The notes under the pieces were generated by a model. It saw only the letters and a program-made list of their open reading frames with translations. It had not been told where the DNA came from and did no database searches. This document shows, piece by piece, positions 49,576 to 63,810 of a DNA stretch of 64,000 nt. The stretch is taken from positions 130,820,001-130,884,000 of the forward strand of contig OZ024742.1 in NCBI GenBank assembly GCA_964016885.1, read 5' to 3'. The stretch comes from Eledone cirrhosa (lineage: Eukaryota). Each line of letters opens with the position of its first letter. Positions within the stretch are counted from its first letter, which is position 1. A program made the position numbers and the translations under genes.

Positions 49576-51097
49576 GCCCAGGATTTTGGATTTCAGATTT
49601 TGGTATTGCATAAGAAATGCGTTGAATTGGCAAGAGCATTAGAACAGTGGACGAAATGCTTCCGGACCTTTGCATTTGGAGTCCAGACTCCGTCGGAATA
49701 AACTACACCGTCCATCCTTGCAGGTTCAATAAATAAAATACCAATCTAGAGTAGTAGTTCTGTGGAATCGTTAGAGTGCCAAATGAGATGTTTTGCGGAA
49801 TTTCTTCCGCATCTTTGTATTCTGAGTTCACATCTTGCAGGTGCATGTCATCCACCGTTGAAGGGATTGGAAAGAATAAACCTCCGTTGGTTTCGACGAC
49901 GTGTGTTCCAGTTGTTTGAGCAAAGGAAAAGCCTGGTCATGAAATTAATGTACAAGGTGTCCATAAATTATCTTTACAACTTGTAAAGATAATTTATAGG
50001 CACCCCCAAATAAATGGCTGAACATTACACAAACAAGTGTACCCTTAAAATAATTGTCAGGGATATTCAGAGTGACACACTGTGTGACAAGACTGGTCCT
50101 TTCAATAACAGATATAGTCAATCGGACGGGTTTCCAAACAGTTTCCGTTTACACAATTTCACTCATATGATATGGGTTGACTCGAGTCTATGGTAAATGA
50201 TGCTTGCTCAAGATGCCATCGAGGGGGATCAATTCAGGGCCCTATTAATTCTTAAGCAATCTCCTTAAACATTCGGCCATAGTGAGTTCACGGAAGAGAT
50301 TGTGACCCCACAATATATACATTGTGGAGGTGCGTGGCCAAGTGATAAGGGTGTAAACCTGCGATGGATTGGTGTCCAGTCCAGGAGAAGTCGTCTACTC
50401 TCAGTCGTTTAAAGTGATTCATGGTACACAAACTGCTGAGATCAGGTTGATACTCCGTGTATCTTATGCTATAAACTATGTTCCTACTTTTACAGTTAAT
50501 CTGTGGTTTAATCTGCAGACTATACATTTTCTATCAGTGCAAGGGGTTTTCTTAAAAGGGTACATTCTGCAAGATGCTTTATGTTAAGTTGCTCCTTCTG
50601 TCAGGATTTGCGCCGGTAGATAGTATCAACAACTGGAAAGACCAATGGAAACAGCTTCCTTGGACCGATCTGACGAGTTCCACCTCCCTCGGTAAGCGAA
50701 GGAAGCCTGGAATATTGTCAATTCGAAGTAATGAGTGGGGGTTGTAATGGTTGTAATGTCAGGGGCAGGGATTCTGTTGTTGTTTCGCTTCAGGTTAGCA
50801 CTTACATAAGTCATTTTAATAGTAAAAATCCTGTTTTTTTAAAGGTTTTGTAGGACAGAATTGTCTAACGTGTCTTTCCATATTGTAAAGAGAAAAACAC
50901 TTGAAAGAGAGATTTGGCGTCTATTTCTAGCAGATCTCGACTGACTGCAATAATTGAGGTGTTGTTAGTGTAGGTGATGATGGTGGTGTTGGTAGCTGTT
51001 GTTGGTGATGGTGGTGGTGATGGTGGTGTTGATAGCAGTGATGATGGTGGTGTTGGTAGCTGTTGTTGGTGGGCGATAATTGTGACATCAAATACAG

Positions 51098-51099
<2 letters not shown>

Positions 51100-51153
<54 letters not shown>

Positions 51154-51156
51154 ACA

Positions 51157-51203
<47 letters not shown>

Positions 51204-51211
51204 AACCAGCG

Positions 51212-51251
<40 letters not shown>

Positions 51252-51261
51252 AACCACCACT

Positions 51262-51300
<39 letters not shown>

Positions 51301-51337
51301 AACCAGCGCCACTACTACTACTACCACCACCACCACC

Positions 51338-51370
<33 letters not shown>

Positions 51371-51410
51371 TCCACCACCACCACAACTACTACTACTACT
51401 ACTACTACTA

Positions 51411-51473
<63 letters not shown>

Positions 51474-51492
51474 GCTACTGCTGTTGCTGCTG

Positions 51493-51526
<34 letters not shown>

Positions 51527-51553
51527 ACCACCACCACCACCACCACCACCACC

Positions 51554-51600
<47 letters not shown>

Positions 51601-51682
51601 AACCAGCGCCACTACTACTACTACTACTACCACCACCACCACCACCACTACTACTACTACTACTACTTCCACCACCACCACA

Positions 51683-51730
<48 letters not shown>

Positions 51731-51817
51731 GCTACTGCTGTTGCTGCTGCTACTACTACTACTACTACTACTACTTCCACCACCACCACCACCACCACCA
51801 CCACCACCACCACCACC

Positions 51818-51852
<35 letters not shown>

Positions 51853-51976
51853 CACAACCACCACCACCACCACCACTACTACTACTACTACTACAACCAC
51901 CACCACCACCACCACCACCACCACCACCACCACCCTCACCACCACCACTACTACAACTACTACTACTTCTACCACG

Positions 51977-52017
<41 letters not shown>

Positions 52018-52018
52018 G

Positions 52019-52074
<56 letters not shown>

Positions 52075-52166
52075 CATCACCACAACCACCACCACCACCA
52101 CCACCACTACCACCACCACCACCACCACCACCACCACCACCACTACTACTACTACTTCCACCCCCG

Positions 52167-52234
<68 letters not shown>

Positions 52235-52255
52235 CATCACCACAACCACCACCAG
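51100..52255. repeat. Compound (TAC)n/(CAC)n trinucleotide array with internal block duplication
   Basis: tacaaccagcgccac recurs at ~51201, 51298 and 51598. Confidence 0.95.
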
Positions 52256-52519
52256 TAGTAGTAGTGGTAGTACAGACAATGGCTGTTTTAACGACGTTGC
52301 TAATAATAGTAATACAGTTGTAGTAATAGCCGCAGTAGTGGCTACAGTAGTAGTTGTTGTCGTTGTTGGTGGTGGTGGTGATGGTGGTCATCGTTGTCGC
52401 CGTCGTAATAATGATGGTAGTAGTAGTAGTAGTAGCAGTAGTAGTAGTAGTAGTAGCAGTAGTAGTAGTTATAGTGGTGAAGGTTGAGTATTAAGGCACA
52501 CTGTTATAGAGTGATAGTG

Positions 52520-52592
52520 TTGACGTAGGTGGGAGTCGAACCCACATCTTCAGTTATCCAGACCACTGACTGTGCTACCATTACAACAACAC
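52520..52592 (-). mobile_element. tRNA-like SINE head (same family as 10183-10252)
   Basis: gtcgaacccacatctt.gttatccagaccactg is shared between the two copies. Confidence 0.5.
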
Positions 52593-52922
52593 TCGTGATG
52601 TTAAGGCACACATAGTAGAGTAATAGTGTGACAATGAAAACATCAACTAGAGCGACGGTGGAGGTCGGTAGCCATCTTGATAATGGCGGCATTGTAAGGG
52701 TGAATATAATAAGCTAGGATAACATTTTATCTGTAACCAAATTTGTCTGAACGGAGCAAAATGGTGACGTAGCCACCGAAACAGGAAATGAAATAATACT
52801 GAAAGAAAAATGCCATGTTAGCTTTTCTCTGCAAGGTTTTTCAGTAATTTCCGCCCAAGAATTATATTATTCTGGCCGTCAACGTTCCATTTCGCAGATG
52901 TTGTTCATTATTTTTGTCTTGC

Positions 52923-53053
52923 TAACTTTAAAATATTAACCATATTCTCGTCGTGCGTACATGTTCATTCGTTCACTCTCCCCCTCTCCCCCTCTCTCTC
53001 TCTATATATAATATATATATATATATATACATATACATACATACATATATATA

Positions 53054-53107
<54 letters not shown>

Positions 53108-53185
53108 CATAGAGAAAGAGGGGGAGGGTTGAGAGTGGACGAATGAACATGTACGCACGAGAATATGGTTAATATTTTAAAGTTA
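52923..53185. repeat. ~80-bp inverted repeat enclosing a (TA)n tract
   Basis: taactttaaaatattaaccatattctcgt... is inverted to ...acgagaatatggttaatattttaaagtta. Confidence 0.85.
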
Positions 53186-53196
53186 TATATATATAT

Positions 53197-53741
53197 AAGG
53201 AAAAAAGATGAAATCGAAAATGCAACTGGAGTCTTTTTAAGAATATTTATTTGGTTCCTTTACCAGTTGCGCAGTTCTTATGATTTTCAAAAGTAGAATT
53301 GAGATGGAGGGTTTGTGGTTTTTCTCGCATCTGGTTGGTGTTTTATGTGGAAAAAAGTGGCTGGAAATGCTAGTTTTTTTTGGAAAATAATTTGGTTGGT
53401 TGATGACTGTCACGTGAATAACTATAATAAATTTCGCGCCAGTTCGCGCTACAAAGTTCTTATTATATTTGCCTTTAAAAAAAGGGGGCGGGGGCGCAAA
53501 TCGTATTTTCATATATGAGTGGAATTTGGTGAATAAGTACATTCAATTTCGCGCCCGTATTTGGGAATTTATTTTATAGCGATTTAGAGAATTTTGTGCC
53601 AAACAAAAGATAATGGTCAAGAAAAAAGAGAAGGGGAGAAATGTTCTGGTTCAGTGAGTATGGCTGATGTGGTGGGGTGTCAAAATTCAGACTTTCTATT
53701 GAAATAAAGAAAGTAGAGATATGTATTTTTATTTGTGTGCT

Positions 53742-53803
<62 letters not shown>

Positions 53804-55410
53804 TGTGCGTGTGTGTATGTGTGTGTGTGTAGGAAAATGATTCTATTAGTAGAAATGGGGGAGGGAGTTATGTGTGTGTGTGTGTATGGGTGTTATATGT
53901 GTGGGTGTATGCGTGTGTGGGAGTATGGTTAGCATGTTAAGATGGAGAGAATATATATCTGTGTGTGTGTGTGTAGGAAAATGATTCCGCTAGTAGAAAT
54001 GGGGGAGGGACTTTTTATAAATGTAATTTGATTGGTTATTTCTGTCACGTGAATAAGTATATTAAATTTCGAGCCCGTATTTGGGAATTTTTTTATAGTG
54101 ATTTAGAGAATTTTGTGCCAAACAAAACATAATGGTCAAGAAAAAAGTGTGTTGGGGTATGGTTATCATGTTAAGGTGTTAGAGTATTAACCTATGTTAA
54201 GGTTTATTAAGCTTTGGTTTTTATTTTCTAAAGTAGGTGTTATGTTTGTGTGTGTGTGTGTCTGTTTGGATGGTTAGCATGTTATGGTGTTAACATAATG
54301 TATATTAAACTATATTTAATGTTGGTCTATATTTTTGAATAAACATATTTTCCTTATTTATTCGTATTTGTTCTGTTGTATTGTCAGCGCAAAGATAAAG
54401 TGGGTAGACTTGGAATTTGGGTGTCTTATTACTTGCGCATATCCCTAGATGTGCACCGATTGGTATCTGTCTTGTGGTAGGGTCTCGTAATTGTTGGCAA
54501 TGAATTGTCATTCTGTTTCTGAGAGTGAGTTTAGTTTGTCCTATATAATCTTCATTGCATCCTTTACATTTAATGGCATAAAGCAAATTTTTTGATGAGC
54601 AAATGAAGTGATTTGTTACAACAAAATTTTGTCCTGATTGAAATGTATACGTGTTGCCTTCAATGAGGTGAGTGCAGGTTCCACAATTAGAGCGACCACA
54701 TCTTTTTGACAGTTGGTTGTGGGTTTGTGGTAGGTAATTTGGCATTGGTGAGTAATGTTTTTAGTGATTTAGGTTGTCTTTTGCTTTTGATTATTTTGTG
54801 TGTTTCAAGGGCTTTTTTCATTCTTGGGTCTTGTTTCAATAGTGGGATGTTCTTGTGAATAATGTTGTATGCTGCCGCATTTCTTGGGTTGTGTGTTGAG
54901 ATATATGATAGAATATTGGACGTACCTTGAATTTGTTTCTGTTTTCGTAATTCATCAATGCCTATTGCTTTAGCCCTTTCTATCCCATTATTTATTAGTA
55001 ATGGTGGGTACTGTCTTTCGAGCAGAATTTCCTTTAATTCTTGAAGTCTTTTATTTCGCGTTTCATAATTGGAGACAATTGTGCAAATTCTTCTTGCTAG
55101 GTTAAAAGGGATGTTCGTCTTCGTGTGCTTTGGATGGTTGGAGGTGAATAGCAGGTATTGTTTGGAATCTGTTGGTTTGTAGTGTATGTCAGTTTCAATA
55201 TTTGTGTCTCTTTTATGATTAAGATGTCCAGAAATAGGAGTTGATCTTCGCTGTATTCCATTGTGAATTGGATGTGGTTACTGATGCCGTTAAGTGAATT
55301 TTTGAAATCATTTAGTTGGTCGAGTGTGTGAGACCAAAGAGTAAGGCAGTCATCCAAGTAGCGTTTCCAATTCTCTGATAAATATTTGTGGAAGCTCAAT
55401 CCATAATACA
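53197..55410 (-). mobile_element. Penelope-like element, 5'-truncated in RT (Cys-rich linker plus GIY-YIG, Neptune-like)
   Basis: RT motifs WKRYLDDC and FTMEY..DQLLFLDI. ORF 54305-54745 has CGRSNCGTC and NLLYAIKCKGCNEDYIGQT. A degenerate hammerhead lies at 53258-53293 in the 3' pLTR. Confidence 0.88.
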
Positions 55411-55423
55411 CACACACACACAT

Positions 55424-55479
<56 letters not shown>

Positions 55480-55480
<1 letters not shown>

Positions 55481-58400
55481 GGTTGTGTGGAAAATTCTTT
55501 CAAAGAAGTATGAAACATATGTTGATTCCCAATCCAGTGAAACTCGTCCTGAAGAAAGATCTAGTTTAGAATCGAAGGAACTCAATCGCTATAACATGGA
55601 CATCGTTGCACTTTCAGAAATAAGATTGGCAGGTGAGGGTCAATTCACGGAATAGAATGGAATATATACCTTCTATTGGAGTGGCAGAGCAGTGGGTTGT
55701 AAGAGAGAGGCAGGGGTCGCATTTATTGTCAGGAATGAAATCGTCTCAAAGCTGGAAAATCCTCCTTGCGGATTCAATGATCGGATAATGTCCATGAGAG
55801 TCCCTCTGATTGATAACCGCTTTGTGACTCTGGTCAGTGTGTGCGCTCCTACTATGTGTGCTAGTGATGATGAAAAACTAGCTTTTTACATGTCTTTGAA
55901 AGAGGTCATCCATAGTACACCTTGGCGATTTTAATGCACGTGCTGGTAATGACTGGGAAGCTTTGAGTGTAATAGGCAAGCATGGAGTGAGAAAGTGCAA
56001 TGACAATGGCCCCACTTCTGTTGCAGATGTGCGCTGAGGTGGATCTTGTTGTTGGGAACACGCTCTTTCAATAGAAAGACAAGATAAGATAGCTTGGATG
56101 CGTCCAAGTTGCAAGAAGTAGCACTATATTGACTTTGTTTTAACGAGGAAACGAAACATGATGTCAAGGATATCACATTGGTTCGTGTATTGCGAGGCGC
56201 GGAATGTTGGACTGACTATCGTCTGGTGTGTGCCAAATTTCAATTTGTTGTGAAGCTCAAAGTTAGTGGGAAGAAGTTTGCACTTCCAAAACGACAAAAC
56301 GTGGCTCGTCTGAAGACAGAAGTCAGAGCTGCGCTGTCGAAGTCTCTTAAGTCTATGGAATGTGAAAACACGTGGGAATCATTGAAGAAAACCGTCTATG
56401 ATGTTAGTACTGGAGTTTTAGGTCATACCAATAGAAAGCATAAGGACTGGTTCGATGAAAATGATGCAGAGATCCAGACCTTGCTTGAAGAAAAATAAAA
56501 AGTGTTGACATCATTGTTGTGTGAGGCACGTTCTGACAAGAATGACCAGAACTTGAGCCATGCACAATACCTGGTGGAGAAAAAAGGGTGATGAAATCCA
56601 GAAAGCTTCCGATAGACATGATACAAAGCTCCTATACAATCTGCTCTGAAAGGTGTATGGTCCGACCATTACCACTTCGCTCCAAAGACGGCAAGGAATT
56701 GCTCAGAGATCCGAAGGAAATCCTAATAAGGTGGCATGGCCTCTTTGATGAGCTTCTCAAAAAACCATAAGAAATCGATGATGAATTCATCCGGTTGATT
56801 CCATCCAGATCTAAAAAAGCTGGAAATGGCTGATCCTCCTTCATTTGATAAGGTGGCGAAGGCCATTGCTAAATTAAACAGCGGCAAGTCACCTGGAATG
56901 GAAGGACTGAGCACCGAAATCTTCAAGTGTGATAGTGATAACTTCTTAAACCGCCTCACTGATCTCTTTGTGAATGTTTAGAATGAAGATGTACCGCAGG
57001 ATTGGAAAGATGTATTGATGGTGGTACTTTACAAAGGAAAGGGAGCAAAAGATGATTGTGGCAACTACAGAGGTATTTCACTGCTATCTGTGGCTGGGAA
57101 GATCTTGCGCAGGATTTAGTTGGATAGATTGATACAGCATATTGCTGTTGAGCTACTTCCTGAGTCCCAATATGGTTTTAGGAATGGCAGAGGCACTGTT
57201 GACATGGTCTCCTCAGCCAAACAACTTCAAGAGAAATGCATTGAGCAGCGCATGGACTTATAGCAAGTTTTAAGTCGATCTGACCAAGGCATTTGAAACT
57301 GTAAATTGGAAGGCTTTGTGGGTTATTTTGGAGAGATTGGGCTGTCCTGAAAAGTTTGTGAACATACTCAAGTTCTTCCACGATGAAATGCAGGCAAGGG
57401 TAAACATCGGATGTAAACTGTCTGAGCCAATCTCGGTTGAAAATGGTGTCAAGCAGGGTGATATACCTGCACCAACTTTATTTGCCTTGTATTTCGCGAT
57501 GGTGTTCATTATGGCTTTCAAGAATTGTCAACACGATATCTATCTCAGATATCGCACTTCCGTCAAACTGTTTAATCTCAGGCGTCTAAATGCTAAAACT
57601 AAGGTACTGAGTACCTTGATCAAAGAATTTGATTGGGATATCTTCACATACACCCAGAGTGCCATGCAACACCTTACGGATTCTTTTTCCAATGCGTGCA
57701 GTGCTTTGGGACTGATAATCAGCCTGAAGAAGATTGTCGTCATCTACCAACTTGCTCTGGATAAAATTTCAATGAGCCCTCCATATACGGTCAAAAGCTG
57801 AATGTTGCTGACAGATTTATGTATTTGGATAGTACTCTGAGTGTGACCTGCTCTCTGGATGCGGAATCTGGTCTGCGTGATAGCAAAACAAGTGAGTCAT
57901 TTGGAAGGCTCAGTGATCGTCTGTGGTTCAGGTGAGGAGTCACAATGAAGACCAAGGTGAAAGTGTATGCCACATGTGTACTGTCAGCTTTGCTGTATGT
58001 GTGTGAGACATTGGTTGCCTACAAACGGCATATCAAAAGACTGGAACAATTTCACCAGCAGTGGCTCAGAAAGTTGCTCGGCATCAAGTGGAAGCTGCAT
58101 GTCAGTGATATTGAGGTCCTTGAGAGAAGTGAGTGGCGGAGCATTGAAAGTATCATCCACCAACGACGTTTGCGATGGACCGGACACCTCTGCAGAATGG
58201 AGGACAATCGAATCCCGAAACAACTTTTATATGGCGAGCTATGGCTTATGAGGTGGTCTCTTACCTTTACAAAGCTCCGATTCAAAAATTGTGTACAGGA
58301 CTCATTGAAAAAAACTGGTTTCATGGGTGGCTGACTGGGAGATAGAAGCTCTTGAAAGAGAAACTTGGCGTGGAATGGTGAATGATGGGGTCCATAATTT

Positions 58401-58777
58401 TGAGGACGGAGGCATAGAGCACGAGAAGATCAAACGGGATGTGCTTAAGCAATGCCCTGGTGCATCTCTCGAAACGAATGGTGTCTCCATTGAAGTGGTG
58501 TGTCCTGAGTGTGGAAAGATTTGCTTAAGCAAATCTGGTCTCAGGAGCCACAGTCGTAGCCATGTTCAGAGAGAACCAATGAACTATGACCTCCACGGTA
58601 TTGTGAGGGTTCACAGGCAACCTGATGTAAGACCTGAGGCCAGGTAGATCCATAGTTGTCGTCAATAAGCGAAGGAGTACAAGTCTCTAGCAGGCTTGAA
58701 AAGCCATATCCGAGTGTCACACATCTGAATCTGACATGTGATTGCAATACTCTTAGCAGAGTTTGCAGCCATCCTTT
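55480..58777 (+). mobile_element. RTE-clade (BovB-like) LINE, near full-length, heavily disrupted
   Basis: APE motifs DIVALSEIRL and GVAF; RT motifs YRGISLL and GVKQGDIPAPTLF; IPKQLLYGEL; C2H2 finger CPECGKICLSKSGLRSHSRSH; ends at (TATG)n. Confidence 0.9.
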
Positions 58778-59020
58778 ATGTATGTATGTATGTATGTATG
58801 TATGTATGTATGTATGTATGTATGTATGTATGTATGTATGTATGTATGTATGTATGTATGTATGTACGCATGTATGTATGTATGTATGTATGTATGTATG
58901 TATGTATGTATGTATGTATGTATGTACGTATGTATGTATGTACGTATGTATGTATGCATGTATGTATGTATGTATGTATGTATGTATGTATGTATGAATG
59001 TATGTATGAATGAATGTATG
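58778..59020. repeat. (TATG)n microsatellite
   Basis: Direct reading. Confidence 0.95.
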
Positions 59021-59620
59021 TTCTCTCTTTCTCTTAATTTTGAGTTTATTTTTGAGCGACCACTTTCCCACTGCATGGCTGTAATGACAAGGAAATTGTC
59101 GTCTCTTGTGTAAGTATCTATCCTTCAAATCGTAAGAATTGTTTACCGGTTTTGAAGTTTCCAGATATCTTGGCCATTTGTAGCTTATGTTCTTTTTTTA
59201 ACAAAACCAAGCTCAATTATACTTTGGACCAGTTGGGACTGGTATATAACCTGTTACACTAATAATAATAGGTATGAAGCTGATCGTGTATCTTGGATAC
59301 TGGATCTGGAAACTTTCCATGGCTGGTCCGTGGGTACTTTAGATGACTTACTACGGAGCATGTTTTTAATGTGTGGTCCCAAACAACAATATCAGGCTGG
59401 TTGTGCTTTAATTTTGTGGCGGCTTTTATTTTTAGGTTCCCTGTGTATGTTTATATGTACTTGTAACTCCTGATGGAATAGTAGGGCACCATAGTAACAT
59501 ATGGCAGAGCTCATCTCTCACCAGAACCGAACACAGTTAGTTTGTTTTACAGAGGAAGAGAGCGCGAGAGAGATGAAGTGAGAAAGATGTATAGATGAAG
59601 AACCGACCCCGGTCTCGATT

Positions 59621-59735
59621 GAATGAAAGGCAAAGTTGACCTTGGCGGTATTTGAACTCAGAATGCAGAGAGCCGCAATGAATACTATAAGATATTCTAT
59701 CTCAGGGTCTAAAAACTCTGCTGATTCGCTGCGTA
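59621..59735 (-). mobile_element. Diverged SINE fragment
   Basis: gaatgaaaggcaaagttgaccttggcggtatttgaactcaga. Confidence 0.6.
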
Positions 59736-60052
59736 ATCTGAGTAATACTCCCTGTATTTACTGAACAGGTTGGAGAGGGATTAAACTTTATCGGGTGTAT
59801 TAGTGGCCTGGAAAGATTCTAAACAGGTTGAAAAGATACTAAACTCATGTTCTAGGAGTTGCGAATCCAATACTTCAACCACGCAGCCATTTTTCTTACA
59901 AATATTTCTTAAAACAAACAGAAGAAAACCCACGAAACCAAATATACAAACATATTAACCAAATATACAAACATAACGCAAAACAAACATGAAACTTTGA
60001 CAAATAAAAGTAGAAAGGCAATAGGCAAGAAAACTGTTTTCATGGAATTCTC

Positions 60053-60131
<79 letters not shown>

Positions 60132-60680
60132 TGCATCATCATTATCTGTATAGCCTCATGTTTATTTATGAGGATATATAGTGTGTCACTGTAAAATGTG
60201 GGATATATATATATATATATTATATATATATATATATTATATATATTTATATATAATTTTCTGTTTTCATAAGAGAAATTTAAAACAAAAACATAACATG
60301 AATATTTTTGGGGAAAAAAACTGATGAGAACTTTATGTTGACATTCGAAATTCTGATGAAAAAAATAAGTTTTTGTTCATTTTTTTTAACCTGATGGGAA
60401 TTTCCCTATAAAGCACATTATTTAAATGAGGAAGAATAAAACTTCATTGGTGACGTTGCGCTGTATCTTTCGGCAACTTGAAGAAATTACTAAGATAAAC
60501 TTTTGTTTGTGTTTTATAACGAAATACGTTATATATATATATGTATATATATTTATTAAAATAACAGATTAAAGTTTAAGCAAAGAATCGCTGCTTTCTT
60601 TGGATTTTAGTCTTCACATTTATTATTATTATTACTATTACTATTATTACTATTATTACTATTACTATTATTATTATTAC

Positions 60681-60873
60681 AGGGCGGTGAATTGGCAGTA
60701 TTGGGAGAGGGTCGGACGCCATGCTTTGACGTATAGAGTTACGGCCCTTGCCATTCTGAGTTCAAATCCCGCCGAGGTTAACTTTGCCTTTCATCCTTAC
60801 GGGGTCGATAAAATAAAGTACCAGTAATTCACTGGGTAATTGCTGGCCTTGTGCCAAAAAGTAGAAACAATTA
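60681..60873 (+). mobile_element. tRNA-derived SINE, full length, between (TAT)n and (TA)n
   Basis: A-box, B-box and the conserved body. Confidence 0.88.
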
Positions 60874-60874
60874 T

Positions 60875-60947
<73 letters not shown>

Positions 60948-60954
60948 TGTATAT

Positions 60955-61720
60955 ATATTCGCAGTAGCACTAAGATAGCGTTGTGCATAACAGGGGTGTG
61001 TATGAAAGCCTATACTATATGTTTATATACAATAAACACACGCGAGCCTCGCTATCAAAGAAAACTATTTAACTATTTTTTCGTTATCAGTAACATTTAT
61101 TCAACCGTTATTGAGGTGAAAATAGACTAGAACCTCTATAGATTTTGCGTATTGAACGTTTGCTGGCGATACTCATTTGCATACAGCTAACAGGAAACCT
61201 CGTCTAGAAATGCTCATTTACATACAATGCGAAATTGCCTGGTCATAATTAATTCATAGTAGCACTAAGATAGGGCTGTGCATAATAGGGTATATAAAAG
61301 TATACTATATGTTTATGTACAATAAATACATGAATATCTCGCTATGAAAGCAGAAAATATTTCTTCGTTATGAAATACTTTTTTTCTCTTTTGTTCTGTG
61401 CACATGTCACATATATCTCAGTAGCCATTGAAAATGCCAGACAGCTGTTTCAAAATTCGTTAATCTCTTATCAGTAACATTCACTCAACCGGTAGTGAGA
61501 TGGAAATAGACCAGAGTTTTTATTCTGCGTATTGAGCCTTTGCTGAAGATGATCATTTGCATATAGCAAATAGAAAACATCACCTGGAAATACTCGTTTG
61601 CATTTAGTGCGAACGTGGCTGGTCATAATTAATTGACGGTACACTAAGATACGGTTGTGCATAATAGGAGTGCATATGAAAGCATAAACAATATGTTTAT
61701 ATACAATAAATTCATGATAG
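60955..61720. repeat. Diverged tandem repeat, about 2.3 units of ~300-380 bp
   Basis: cactaagata..tgtgcataa at ~60968, 61263 and 61642; tatcagtaacatt..tcaaccg at ~61085 and 61469. Confidence 0.7.
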
Positions 61721-61734
61721 AATCGCCTCAAAAC

Positions 61735-62235
61735 AAAATCTGCTGTAACAGTGTGTGTGAACTACAATTCGTATATGACAATGTAACACTGACAAACAGT
61801 GAAACTGATCTTCAAAATACTGTAGACCTATACACGGAAGCATATGAGTGTTTTGGAATGAAAGTCACTGTTAATAAGACAAAGATTACAATTCGACGAA
61901 AACCTGGATATAACACACAAGATGTCGACATCCCCAAAGGAAGTCACACAATGGAAACTATGGGCTAATTTTCCTGTCTTGGTCTCATCGTATCAAACGA
62001 TGATACTTGTGAAAAAGACACTAATAGTAGAATTATGGCTGCCCACAGTGCATATGGCAGGCTCATACTTCAGTGTCTCTGAAAATCACAGTCTCGCTCT
62101 CAGAACGAAAAAGCAATTGTCCATTCAATTCTGTTATATACTTGTAAGAATTGGACTTCATAACGCCGAGATTTAAGACTGTAAGAAAGATTCCAACAAA
62201 CTTATCTGCACCGAATCCACCACCTTAACTGCTAA
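61735..62235 (+). mobile_element. Old RTE-type RT fragment
   Basis: VCELQFVYD..L..SETDLQ...Y...FGMKVTVNKTKI (decayed ELxFADD region). Confidence 0.55.
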
Positions 62236-62664
62236 GATCACGCTTCAAAGATGGCTGAGAAAGTAAAAAGTTCTAAATGTTTTTTCTAAATTATTCGGTA
62301 CTTTATTGGCACGTAGATGAACATTGATTTAACTCGTTGCCATCGTTAGTGTCTAGCCTCATACCAGACTTGGTGGAGCAGATTTTTGATCAAAAGCAAT
62401 CCTTCAGTATGCAAAGCTTGTCTTTTCCTTATGTTCATTATCTAACACATTGTTTTTAAGGTTGTAGGGTGTTATGTGAGAGGCGGGGGGGGGGGGGGGG
62501 GTTACTTATAGCCGACTCAATGACCACTTGGAAATCCCAACTATAAGTCGAGAGATATAAATGTTTGAAGAAAAAGAACACTGTGCTTAGTGCAGGATTT
62601 ATCGAGTGCGTATGTTTGTGTGTGTGTGTGTGTGTGTGTGTGCGGGGGGTGGGTGGGGGGCATC

Positions 62665-62949
62665 CAGAGTGATCTGCCGATCTTTACGAATGTTTTTCTC
62701 GGAAGGAGACCTTACTTTTGGGATTGCCCTCTATATAATAACTGCGCGAAATTCGCACTTGGCGGTAGCGTTCAACGGGAACTCCATTCTCAACGGCTGC
62801 CAAGCCAAGATTGAGCATCCCAGCGAAGCGCGCGCATGCTTGTTTGGGAGTGAAGGAAGCACCAATCACAACAGTGTTGCCAACAGCCGTACGAACAGTT
62901 TCTCTGCGTCACCCATCTCTTTGGAGACCTTACTTTTGGGATTACCCTC

Positions 62950-62952
<3 letters not shown>
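62665..62952 (-). mobile_element. Tc1/mariner remnant: TIR, 5' UTR and transposase start, interrupted by a second same-family TIR
   Basis: Minus strand reads TA cgagggtaatcccaaaagtaaggtctcc (62950-62923); ATG at 62787 gives MEFPLNATAKCEFRAVI; second TIR at 62731-62705. Confidence 0.65.
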
Positions 62953-63012
<60 letters not shown>

Positions 63013-63466
63013 TGTGTGAGAGAGTTTCTCTCTGTGTGTGTGTGTGTGTGTGAATGCGTGTGTGTGTTGTATTCTATAAGGGTCCCACCAAACCCGAGCT
63101 GCCTCGGACCTCCCAAAGTCTAAACTTGGCCATGCTAGGACTTGTGTTGTAATGAGTATTTTTGTTTTTGCTATAGCAGGTTCAGAGTGTCAGTGAAAGG
63201 ATTTCAAATGTACCTCTAAATCGATCTTGCTTGTTATTTCCCTACCCATGTTGATAACATGAGTTTCAGGACCGAGTCAAATAATTCTATGCTTTCCTCG
63301 GAAAAAAACATCCTCATCATATGACTAGTTAAAAGAATCAATATTTATTGAAGTTATATTGATGTTTGTATCAATGTAAGTTTTCATCAATACAAACCGT
63401 AAAATATCCAATAATTTCTGAATTTCTATTTTCTTTCTCGTGTTATAAAAGCCGTAAAAAAACCTC

Positions 63467-63810
<344 letters not shown>

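Noticed and set aside
51063-52487. Long ORFs (474, 343 and 279 aa) and similar poly-YI/VC/HT/poly-His ORFs elsewhere
   Set aside because: They are stop-free translations of microsatellites.
58490-58565. Host C2H2 zinc-finger gene
   Set aside because: It is a single finger at the C-terminus of the RTE ORF, a normal feature of this LINE type.
61540-61585. Hammerhead at ctgaagatg...gaaaac
   Set aside because: There is no stem III/NUH triplet and no stem I complement.
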